The position numbers and the translations under genes are program-made. 64,000 bases of DNA from an uncultured Solirubrobacterales bacterium (GTDB taxonomy: Bacteria; Actinomycetota; Thermoleophilia; Solirubrobacterales; 70-9): NCBI GenBank assembly GCA_963801975.1, contig CAWDGR010000002.1, forward strand, positions 123,642 to 187,641. Reading direction: 5' to 3'. The stretch's first letter is position 1; each line of letters starts with the position of its first letter. Positions 46,973 to 54,898 of this stretch are shown in pieces. The notes beneath the pieces are model-generated. The model saw nothing but the letters and a program-made list of their open reading frames with translations. It had not been told where the DNA came from and made no database searches.

Positions 46973-47341
46973 GTGTCAGCACGTTCGCGGTCAATCGCCA
47001 GACAGTCCGGTCCGCCGCGGCGTCGACCGGCCCCTCGCCGCAACGCGGGCAAGGATGGTGCCGGCCGGATCCAGTGGGACCGCCTCGGCCGCGTCGTACT
47101 GGTTGCCGCGGTGTTCCTGATCGGCATCCTCTACATCGGACCCGCCTACAACCTCGTCACGACCTACATGCATGCCGGCGACGTCAAGGAGGAGTTCCAC
47201 CAGGTGCTCGACGAGAACAAACGGCTCAAGAGGCTCTCGGAAAAGGCCGGCAGCGAGGTCGTTCTGCGCCGGGAGGCCCGCCGCCAGGGCATGATCCGGC
47301 CCGGCGAGCAGGCCTATGTGATCAGCGGCCTCAGCCGCTGA
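46973..47341 (+). CDS. FtsB/DivIC-family septum formation initiator
   Basis: Basic N-terminus, single TM segment (VVLVAAVFLIGILYIG), and a coiled coil (EEFHQVLDENKRLKRLSEK) followed by ARRQGMIRPGEQAYVI. It lies directly downstream of eno. Confidence 0.8.
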   Translation: MSARSRSIARQSGPPRRRPAPRRNAGKDGAGRIQWDRLGRVVLVAAVFLIGILYIGPAYNLVTTYMHAGDVKEEFHQVLDENKRLKRLSEKAGSEVVLRREARRQGMIRPGEQAYVISGLSR

Positions 47342-47366
47342 ACCCCTCGACCCCGGGCGGATCCGG

Positions 47367-49568
47367 ATGACCGCAGTCTCGTTCTACTTCGGCGTCGCCC
47401 AGCTGGTGCTCGTACTCGGTTCGCTCGGCTTCGCGGCCCTGCGGCTGCGAAAGCACCTGCTTCCGGGATGGGACGAGGCCGCCGGATACCTGGTGACGGC
47501 GGTCACCGGGATCGGGATGCTGGTCGTACTCGGAGAAGTCCTCGGCCTGGTCGGTCTTTTCCGTGGCTGGGCACTCGTCCTGGCGAGCCTTCTGATCGCG
47601 CTGGTGGCCTGGCTCAGGCTGCCGGCGAGGCCGAATCCGAAGACCGCCCCCGGAGCTCCGGAGGGTGACGCGGAGATCTCCGAACCACCCCGACCGAAAG
47701 TGGCCGCACACGGCTACTGGCTGGCCCTTCTGACAACCACGGTGCTGGTCGCCCAGTGGGCCGCGTTCACCTCCTACAGCCTCGACGCGGGCATCTCCAA
47801 CTTCGATTCGGTCTGGTACCACCTCCCTTTCTCGGCCGACCTGTTCCAGACCGGCTCGACCCTCAGCTTCTACGAGCCCGAGACGGTCTTCACGAACTGG
47901 TTCTACCCCCAGAACTCCGAGCTCGTCCACGCCGTCGGCATGGCCCTTACAGGCCGGGACTTCTTCTCTGTACTGGTCAACATGGGCTGGCTGGCCCTCG
48001 CGCTGCTGGCCGCCTGGTGCATCGGCCGGCCTTATGCGCGGCCACACCTGACCCTGATCGCCGCCTCGATCCTGCTGGCCGCCCACACGATCGTCGTTCG
48101 CGAGCCTGGAACCGCCAAGAACGACATCGTCGGAATCGCCCTGCTGCTCTCGGCACTGGCGATCCTGGTCAACCGCGGAGCAGACCCCTCCGACACCCAG
48201 GGCAGACTGGGACCGGGCTGGGCGATGGCGGCAGCCGGACTCGCCGCCGGACTCGCGGTCGGCACCAAGGTGACTGCGCTCGCCCCGGTGGCGATGATGA
48301 CTTTCGCGGTGCTCTTTTCGGCACACCACGGAACCCGCCTCAGATCGGCCGCCGTCTGGTTCGGATCGGGTCTGGTCGGCGGCGGATTCTGGTACCTGCG
48401 CAACCTCTTCGCGACCGGAAACCCGATCCCGCAGGTCGAGAGCATCGGACCGATCAACCTGCCCGGGCCGGAGCGACTCCAGCAGGGCCGCGACGACTTC
48501 AACGTCTTCCACTACATCACCGACTCCGACATCTGGAGCGACTTCTTCTTCCCCGGTCTCGAGCGAGGCTTCGGCGAACTCTGGCCGCTGCTGTTCGCCG
48601 TGGCCGTCTTCGGACTGATCGCGCTCATCTGGCGCGGTCCCGGGAGGCTGGCGAAGGCTCACGGCTTCGCCGCTTTGCTGGCGATCGCCGCATACCTGTT
48701 CACCCCCCTCGGCGCGGCCGGCCCCGAGGGCTCGCCTGACGCCTTCTCGATCAATCTGCGCTTCCTGGTTCCCGCCCTCTCGATGGCCCTGGTGCTGATC
48801 CCGCTGGTGAGTTGGTTTGCCCGGCCGAAGCCCCAGATGACCTTTGCCGTGGTCCTGCTGGTGCTCTTCCTGGTCGACGGCCGGGGGGATGCGATCTGGT
48901 CCCAGTCCGGTCGCTGGTTCGGAATCGCCTTCGCGCTGGTCTTCGTCGTCATGCCGGCGCTGGCCTGGCACTTCAGATCCCGCCTCGGAATCTCGCCTCG
49001 TGGCCGATTGACGCTGTCGAGCGGCCGGGACCGGCTGCTGGCCGGGGTGGTCGCCGGAGCCGTCGCTGCCGGGCTGCTGATCGCCTGGCCGCTCGCTGAC
49101 GGCTACTCCGACTCCCGCTACACCGACTTCGAGCCGGAGGCCGGACTGGCCGAACCCTACCGCTGGGCCAACGGAATCCAAGATGCCGAGATCGGACTGG
49201 CCGGCACCACGGCCGGCTTCAGGCAGTACGGCTTCTTCGGGCCGGACCTGTCCAACCGCCTCACTTACATCGGGCGTGAGGCACCGGCCGGCGGATTCGA
49301 CGTCATTCGTACCTGCCCTGAGTTCAGGCGGGCGGTCAACGATGCGGATCTCGACTACCTCGTCACCTCGCCGTTTCTGAATTTCAACGAAGACCGCCAG
49401 CCGATCTACTCGCCCGAGCGCGACTGGGTCGCCGACGATTCCTCGCTGAGCCGGGTCGTCGGCCCGGGACCGGTCGAAGTCTGGCGGGTCGAGGGTCGGC
49501 TGGACCCTGCCGCCTGCGATCCGTCGGCTCCCGGCCCGGGGGCGACCCCGGGACTGGCCGACAGCTGA
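47367..49568 (+). CDS. large polytopic membrane protein, possibly a GT-C-type glycosyltransferase (function uncertain)
   Basis: Uninterrupted 733 aa with more than 10 hydrophobic segments and a soluble C-terminal domain of about 150 aa. No catalytic motif could be assigned by eye. Confidence 0.6.
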   Translation: MTAVSFYFGVAQLVLVLGSLGFAALRLRKHLLPGWDEAAGYLVTAVTGIGMLVVLGEVLGLVGLFRGWALVLASLLIALVAWLRLPARPNPKTAPGAPEGDAEISEPPRPKVAAHGYWLALLTTTVLVAQWAAFTSYSLDAGISNFDSVWYHLPFSADLFQTGSTLSFYEPETVFTNWFYPQNSELVHAVGMALTGRDFFSVLVNMGWLALALLAAWCIGRPYARPHLTLIAASILLAAHTIVVREPGTAKNDIVGIALLLSALAILVNRGADPSDTQGRLGPGWAMAAAGLAAGLAVGTKVTALAPVAMMTFAVLFSAHHGTRLRSAAVWFGSGLVGGGFWYLRNLFATGNPIPQVESIGPINLPGPERLQQGRDDFNVFHYITDSDIWSDFFFPGLERGFGELWPLLFAVAVFGLIALIWRGPGRLAKAHGFAALLAIAAYLFTPLGAAGPEGSPDAFSINLRFLVPALSMALVLIPLVSWFARPKPQMTFAVVLLVLFLVDGRGDAIWSQSGRWFGIAFALVFVVMPALAWHFRSRLGISPRGRLTLSSGRDRLLAGVVAGAVAAGLLIAWPLADGYSDSRYTDFEPEAGLAEPYRWANGIQDAEIGLAGTTAGFRQYGFFGPDLSNRLTYIGREAPAGGFDVIRTCPEFRRAVNDADLDYLVTSPFLNFNEDRQPIYSPERDWVADDSSLSRVVGPGPVEVWRVEGRLDPAACDPSAPGPGATPGLADS

Positions 49569-49602
49569 GCCGGAAGGCTCGAGCCAGCTACCCTGAAGCG
49601 CC

Positions 49603-49923
49603 TTGGCCTATCCCCTCGAAAACGCGATCTTCAACTGGGAGGCCGGTATCGATCGGCTGCGCTCACTCGAACGGGAAGGTTCGCTGAGGGGGGACCAGGT
49701 GACCGTGCCGGTCCGCGAGGAGTTGCGCCGTCGCCTCGGCGCCACCTTCACCGCGGCCGAACTGGCTGACATCTACGGGGCTGGTACCGACTGGGTTCTG
49801 CAGCTCCCGGGGGTGGATCCGTCCCAACCCGACCTGCAGGATCTGGTCGACGCCGCCTTCTGGCTCCACCTTCAGGCTGCTGGTGACTTCGCCGGCGGCC
49901 GCCGCATCGAACTCGACTTCTGA
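49603..49923 (+). CDS. hypothetical protein
   Basis: 106-aa ORF (TTG start) with coding-like GC3. No recognisable family. Confidence 0.45.
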   Translation: MAYPLENAIFNWEAGIDRLRSLEREGSLRGDQVTVPVREELRRRLGATFTAAELADIYGAGTDWVLQLPGVDPSQPDLQDLVDAAFWLHLQAAGDFAGGRRIELDF

Positions 49924-50014
49924 CCTGACCCGGCCTGCGCGTCGCGGGCACAGGGGCGTCCCCAGCCGGCTCCGGGGAAGATTGCCGGTCCCGCGGCCCT
50001 CCGGCCAGCGGGGG

Positions 50015-50070
50015 GTCGGCAGGGGGCGCTATGCGGGTTGGCGGGGTAGGCGTAGCGGCCCCCTGCCGAC
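50015..50070. other. 13-bp perfect inverted repeat with 30-nt spacer between convergent genes
   Basis: GTCGGCAGGGGGC (50015-50027) and GCCCCCTGCCGAC (50058-50070). No flanking T-tract on either side. Confidence 0.5.
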
Positions 50071-50095
50071 GCCGCCTCGCGAACCGACGGCCGAG

Positions 50096-50695
50096 TCAGG
50101 CCTTGCGGCGGATGATGATCTGGTCGGCTTCGACCGTGACGGTCACATCGCGCTTGCCGGCCCAGCTGTCCCGGTAGGCGGCAACGTCCTGTACGGCGGG
50201 GTCGAGCCACAGGCCGTAGCCTTCCTCACCGTGGTCGAACGTGCCCTCGAGCTCGTTGCCCTGCGAACGGGATCCTCCCCGACGTCCGCGGCGGCGCCGG
50301 CGGCGCGGGCGGCCTTCGGCTTCGCCTCCGTCGGACTCTTCGTCGTCGCCGGATGAATCTCCATCGGAGTCGTCGTCCTCGGAATCGTCCTCGGAGTCCG
50401 ATTCGCCGGCAGCTTCGCGGGCGGCGGCCTCTTCGGCCTCCTTCTCGGCCCTTTCCTTCTGCAGGGCCTCCTCTTCGGCGGCAGCGGCTTCGATCTCAGC
50501 CTCGATTTCGTCGCGCAGGTCGACGTCGGTGCCGTTTTCGGTGTCGCCGTCGGGCGAAAGGTCGTGCTGGCGTCGGAACTCGCGGAGCTCTGAGGCGCTT
50601 ACCTCGAGCTGATGGGCGATCCAGGCATCGGTCCGGCCTTCCCGGACCCAGGCGCGGATCTGGTTGAGCTGGGGGCGTAGTGAGCGTCTAGACAT
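50096..50695 (-). CDS. hypothetical HTH protein with poly-acidic linker and Arg-run
   Basis: The N-terminus LNQIRAWVREGRTDAWIAHQLEVSASELREFRR is HTH-like. About 90 aa of Glu/Asp/Ser follow, then RPRRRRRRGRRGG, then a 60-aa C-terminal domain (GTFDHGEEGYGLWLDPAV...VTVTVEADQIIIRRK). Confidence 0.62.
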   Translation of the reverse strand: MSRRSLRPQLNQIRAWVREGRTDAWIAHQLEVSASELREFRRQHDLSPDGDTENGTDVDLRDEIEAEIEAAAAEEEALQKERAEKEAEEAAAREAAGESDSEDDSEDDDSDGDSSGDDEESDGGEAEGRPRRRRRRGRRGGSRSQGNELEGTFDHGEEGYGLWLDPAVQDVAAYRDSWAGKRDVTVTVEADQIIIRRKA

Positions 50696-50866
50696 AGGCG
50701 GCGAGTTTATTCATACCGACTGCAGTGCGTCGCTAGACCGGAAAGGCGGCTCGACCGTTCCGTTAGGTTTAGGGCAACGGGCCGGTCGGGTTTATATAGT
50801 CAGATCTCAAGACCTACCTGTTTTTAGGTAGAGGCCCTGAAAGCAGTTTCCGAACGGAGTCCAGAA

Positions 50867-51058
50867 ATGTTGGTCCTGACCCGCAAGAGAGAGCAGAGCA
50901 TCATCATCGGCGAGAACGTCGAGATCATGGTTCTCGGAGTCTCCGGCGACAAGGTTCGGCTGGGTATCACGGCACCGCGCGAGATCGAGGTCTTCCGCAA
51001 GGAAGTAATCGACGAACGCGGTCCCGGCGCCATCTCCGCCGATTCAGACGAGGAGTAG
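50867..51058 (+). CDS. csrA: carbon storage regulator CsrA
   Basis: [47 protein letters not shown] is near-canonical CsrA. GGAG at 50856-50859 serves as the SD. Confidence 0.9.
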   Translation: MLVLTRKREQSIIIGENVEIMVLGVSGDKVRLGITAPREIEVFRKEVIDERGPGAISADSDEE

Positions 51059-51124
51059 CTCCCCGCGGCCATCCGGCCGTCCCGGGCGACAGGGCCCGGG
51101 CTCAGGGGTGGACCGAGCCGAACT

Positions 51125-51364
51125 TCAGGTCATCAACAGGGTCAGCGCCTCGAACATCGCGACGGTCACGACTCCGACCGTGGCGGTGAGGCAGACGGCC
51201 AGTACGCTGAAGCGCACCTTGCCCTGCTGCTGACTCCTGGATACATGTCTCGCCCTCGAGCGGTTCGCGGCCCGGTGACGAAGCTGTTCGCGCCGTCGCT
51301 GCTCCAGCACCTTCTGCTGCTCGAAGGCACTTTCAAACTGGGTCTGGCTCTGGCGCATTTTCAT
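51125..51364 (-). CDS. hypothetical small tail-anchored membrane protein
   Basis: 79 aa with a Gln/Arg-rich N-terminus and a C-terminal TM segment (FSVLAVCLTATVGVVTVAMFEALTLL). Confidence 0.4.
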   Translation of the reverse strand: MKMRQSQTQFESAFEQQKVLEQRRREQLRHRAANRSRARHVSRSQQQGKVRFSVLAVCLTATVGVVTVAMFEALTLLMT

Positions 51365-51438
51365 AATCTGAGGTCCGTCGCCGGAATGGTTCCGGAAACA
51401 GGCTGTACGAAGTTAGCAAACCCTGACAATTCCGCAAG

Positions 51439-51978
51439 TCAGCGGCAGTCGCCCCAGAGGCCCCGGCCGGCCTCGCGGGCCTCGTCCTCGATTTCCTGAA
51501 AACGACCGGATTCGGCATCGTTGGGCGGAATGGTGAGGGTTTCGGCATAGCCGCCCTCGAGCAGCCGGGCGTTCAGCATGACATCGCTCACATAAACGTA
51601 TGCCAACAGGCGATCGAAGCGATCTCTCTGCTCCGGGCCGAATCTGAGCCTGACCGTTCCCCCGGACAACAGGGCTTGATTGGCCTGCTTTGACTGCTCG
51701 CCGTAACACTCGACGGGACTGCCAGGCTTCACCGACTCCGGGGTGTCGATGCCGATATAGCGGACGTATTCACTGCGGCCTTCGTAGAAGACCTTCGCGG
51801 TGTCGCCGTCGACGACCCGGTCGACTTCGACTGTTACCGACTGGGCGGCCCCTGTCTCCGAACCGGCGCGACCGCCGGCGCCGTCATCGTCCCGACCCGC
51901 CTGGTAGACCAGGAAGAGGCCTACCAGGCAGAGGGCCAGGACGGCAAGACCGAAAGACCCGCGTCGGGCCCAAGCCCG
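51439..51978 (-). CDS. membrane-anchored thermonuclease (SNase) family protein, start codon unresolved
   Basis: VDRVVDGDTAKV...YVRYIGIDTPES...ECYGEQS...DRFDRLLAYVY...NARLLEGGYA is SNase-like. The frame is open upstream through a TM segment (FGLAVLALCLVGLFLVY), but the first ATG/GTG/TTG is at 51732, inside the conserved domain. Confidence 0.72.
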   Translation of the reverse strand, partial: RAWARRGSFGLAVLALCLVGLFLVYQAGRDDDGAGGRAGSETGAAQSVTVEVDRVVDGDTAKVFYEGRSEYVRYIGIDTPESVKPGSPVECYGEQSKQANQALLSGGTVRLRFGPEQRDRFDRLLAYVYVSDVMLNARLLEGGYAETLTIPPNDAESGRFQEIEDEAREAGRGLWGDCR

Positions 51979-51982
51979 TGCC

Positions 51983-52903
51983 CTAGGGCGTGCGCTTGAC
52001 GTTCGCGAGCAGCGTCTCTTTGATCTGGGCGATGATCTCGAGCGCCTCGTTCCACTCCCGCTGCCAGACGTTGCGTCCGAAGATCACACCGGAGCCGCCG
52101 GCGTCCATCACCGACTTGACGTGGCCGAGCACGGTCTCGTCGTCGACCTTGGAGCCACCCGAGAGCACGATCAGCGACCGGCCGGCGGACTCGACGCACT
52201 GACGCATCGCTTCGTCCTGGCTCACCTGCATCTCGTTGTAGGGCGGCTGGGCGTCCTTGTCCTTTTCCGGGTTGATCACCGGGTAGTTGACCTTGACCAC
52301 GTCGGCGCCCATCTCCATCGCCATGCGAGCCGCGTAATCGATTGCGTAAAAGGAGGTGGGACCGCCCTTGGCGTCGATCGCCTCGCCGCGCGGGTAGGAC
52401 CAGACAACCAGCGGCATGCCGAAGCGGTCGCAGTCCTGTCGGACCTGCTTGAGCTGGGCGAGGTCTTCGTCCTGCCGCGGAGAGCCGACGTAAAGGGTGT
52501 AGCCGATCGCGTCGGCGCCGAGCCGGACTCCGTCTTCGACCGAGGCGTTGCAGGATGAGAAGGCATGGGCCGAGGACGGGATGTCGGTCTTGCCGTTGAC
52601 CTTGAGGATCAGCGGCACCGAACCCGCGTAGTCGGGGTAGTACTTCTCGGCCATGCCGATCTGGCAGGCCAGAGCCGAGTAGCCCGCTTCAGCGGCGAGG
52701 CGGAACTGGTAGTCCGGGTCCTTGGAGGCGGGGTTCGGGAAGAAGTCGCGCGGACCGTGCTCGATGCCCTGGTCGATCGGCAACAGCATCAGGGTTCCGT
52801 TGCCGGGGCCAAACTCGTAGAGCAGGCGGTGGAGGCGGGCACGCTTTCCCGGGGCCAGATCGGCCAACAGGGACTTCTGTTCGGTCAGGCTTGTGTCTTC
52901 CAT
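51983..52903 (-). CDS. class I fructose-bisphosphate aldolase (DhnA/FbaB-like, DeoC/LacD superfamily)
   Basis: 306 aa: LLPIDQGIEHGP..F..NP...DP.Y.F.LA.E.G.SA...G......Y....PLILKVNG...GADVVKVNYP...LSGG. Confidence 0.82.
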   Translation of the reverse strand: MEDTSLTEQKSLLADLAPGKRARLHRLLYEFGPGNGTLMLLPIDQGIEHGPRDFFPNPASKDPDYQFRLAAEAGYSALACQIGMAEKYYPDYAGSVPLILKVNGKTDIPSSAHAFSSCNASVEDGVRLGADAIGYTLYVGSPRQDEDLAQLKQVRQDCDRFGMPLVVWSYPRGEAIDAKGGPTSFYAIDYAARMAMEMGADVVKVNYPVINPEKDKDAQPPYNEMQVSQDEAMRQCVESAGRSLIVLSGGSKVDDETVLGHVKSVMDAGGSGVIFGRNVWQREWNEALEIIAQIKETLLANVKRTP

Positions 52904-53002
52904 GTACTGCTCGGACCTCCTCAGGGAAATATTTGACTGTGCCCTCAGTATGCCACTGGAGAAGCCACCCGGTCGGTGTGGTTATCCTCGCAGCAGCGCG
53001 CA

Positions 53003-53773
53003 ATGAACGAGACCGAGCTGAGAGTCGTATGCAAGTCGTGTGGGGCGGAGGTGAGCCCTTACGTGACCGAGTGCCCGTACTGCGGGGCGAGGGTCCGAAA
53101 ACGGGCCCCGAAGCTCGAACGAAAAGACGGTGGATTCGAGGCCACCAAGTCGAAGCGCGAACTCCGCCAGCAGCGCCGGCAGGAGCGTCGAGAGCACAGG
53201 CGGGCCCGTTTCGAGGGTCGCCCCGTAGCGACGTTCGTCCTGATCCTGATCCCCGCCGTAGCGCTGATCGTGAGGATCGCGAGCGGTGGAGACCTGACCG
53301 GCTTCGGTGCCGTTGTCGTGCCTTTCGACTCGGGTCCCTGGCGCTTCCTCACCGCTCAGTTCGCCTATCTCAGCGTCGGTTATCTGTTCGCGGTTGCGCT
53401 GGCCCTGGCGATTTTCGCGCCAGGCCTCGAGCGCCGTCTCGGCTCCCTGCCCACCGCGATCCTGCTGGTCGCCTGTGGCGCCCTGGGAACGACCGGTGCC
53501 TGGGCGATCGAGGAACAGACCGGCACGATCGGCGTGATCGCCGGTGGCAACGGAATGGCCCTCGGAGCGATCGCCGCCTGGTTCGTGATCCGGCGTCGCG
53601 AGGCCACCCGGCTCGACGAGGATGTGGACGGCCTCGGCGTGCTGGTCTGCGCCGCGGTGATCCTGTTGCTGCCGATGGTGGTGGATTCGGCCGATTTCTG
53701 GTCCGGACTGACCGGAGGAGCGATCGGAGCGCTGGCCGGGGTCGTTGCCGCGAGAGCGCTGGCCCGCCCATGA
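53003..53773 (+). CDS. rhomboid-family membrane protein with N-terminal zinc ribbon, catalytic residues apparently substituted
   Basis: Ribbon CKSCGAEVSPYVTECPYCGA. The rhomboid core begins at the conserved WR motif (PWRFLTAQFAY...GLERRLG...VIAGGNGMALGAIAAW...FWSGLTGGAIGALAG). Confidence 0.72.
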   Translation: MNETELRVVCKSCGAEVSPYVTECPYCGARVRKRAPKLERKDGGFEATKSKRELRQQRRQERREHRRARFEGRPVATFVLILIPAVALIVRIASGGDLTGFGAVVVPFDSGPWRFLTAQFAYLSVGYLFAVALALAIFAPGLERRLGSLPTAILLVACGALGTTGAWAIEEQTGTIGVIAGGNGMALGAIAAWFVIRRREATRLDEDVDGLGVLVCAAVILLLPMVVDSADFWSGLTGGAIGALAGVVAARALARP

Positions 53774-54111
53774 GCCGTTCGTGGAGCGAAGATCAGCTGA
53801 AAGCGGCAGTGGCCAGGCTCTCCGACCGCGAGAGCTTCGCCGAGGCGGAGCGTGTGGTTGCCACCGTCGCCCCCGACCTCCAGGGCGTTCTGGTCAGCGC
53901 CCTCGGTGCCGGCGGATGGTTCGGCGAGTCGCATCAGTCCGAGACGCTGAAGGCCGCGACGATCCCCGACGAGGATGCCCGCCTGACCGCGATCCGCGCG
54001 CTGCTGACCGAGGAGACCCACATCGGGATGATGGTCGGCGTTGCCGTGGGCTGGGCGCTACGGGCCGACCTTGATGAACAAGCTGACAATCGAGAAGAAG
54101 GAGACGTCTGA
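53770..54111 (+). CDS. hypothetical protein
   Basis: Its ATG overlaps the rhomboid stop (ATGA). 113 aa, helical and acidic. It corresponds to the last part of the long 52891..54111 ORF, the rest of which is an antisense/alternate-frame artefact. Confidence 0.5.
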   Translation: MSRSWSEDQLKAAVARLSDRESFAEAERVVATVAPDLQGVLVSALGAGGWFGESHQSETLKAATIPDEDARLTAIRALLTEETHIGMMVGVAVGWALRADLDEQADNREEGDV

Positions 54112-54113
54112 AG

Positions 54114-54825
54114 ATGGAGATCCACTACCACGGCCATTCCTGTGTCGAGTTCCACGACGGTGATGTGAAGCTGCTCGTCGATCCCTTCCTGGCCCCCAAC
54201 AGTCCCGTCGCCAAGGCGAGCGCCGCCGACGTCGAGCCGACACACATCGCTCTCACCCACGGTCACGCCGACCACATCGCCGACGTCGTAGAGGTCGCCC
54301 GGCGCACCGGTGCCCAGGTCGTCGCCATGGTCGAGCTGGCCAACTGGCTCGAGGAGCAGGGTGTCGAAAACGTTTCCGACCCGAACCTGGGTGGCACGGT
54401 CCGCTTCGACGGCCTCTCGGTCAAGCTCGTACCGGCCTGGCATACGAATACTGCTCCGGGCTCGGCCGAGCACCCGTTCAGCGCCGGCTACGGCACTGCG
54501 CTCGGCTCTGCCGCCGGGCTGATCATCGAACTCGGCGGGATCACGATCTACGACGCCGGCGATACCTGCCTGTTCGGAGACATGGAACTCATCGGCAAGC
54601 GCCACGGGGTAGACCTGGCTCTGCTGCCGATCGGTGGCCACTACACGATGGACCGCGAGGATGCCGCCTATGCGGCCGGATCTGATCGGCGCCAGGCAGG
54701 TGATGCCGATCCACTTCAACACCTTCCCGCCGATCGAGACCGATGTCGATGCCTTCAGCGACGACCTCACATCGAAGGGGATCGAGGCACTGGCCATCGA
54801 ACCGGGGAGCAGCGTCACGCTCTAG
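54114..54825 (+). pseudogene. UPF0173-type MBL-fold metal-dependent hydrolase, frame break near 54671-54680
   Basis: MEIHYHGHSCVEF...LVDPFL...ALTHGHADHI...LPIGGHYTMDREDAAYAA lies in one frame. DLIGARQVMPIHFNTFPPIETD...IEPGSSVTL* continues in the next frame and ends at 54825. Confidence 0.85.
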
Positions 54826-54898
54826 CGAGCCGCTGCGGGTCTCGCCGGGAAGTCAGAGCGGCGGGAGTCGAGCCTGCGGCCCCCGGTCGCAGTACCGG

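Noticed and set aside
52891-53769. N-terminal 290 aa of the 406-aa ORF 52891..54111.
   Set aside because: It is an Arg/Pro-rich alternate frame of the rhomboid gene. Only the last 113 codons, from the ATG at 53770 that overlaps the rhomboid stop, look like a real gene.
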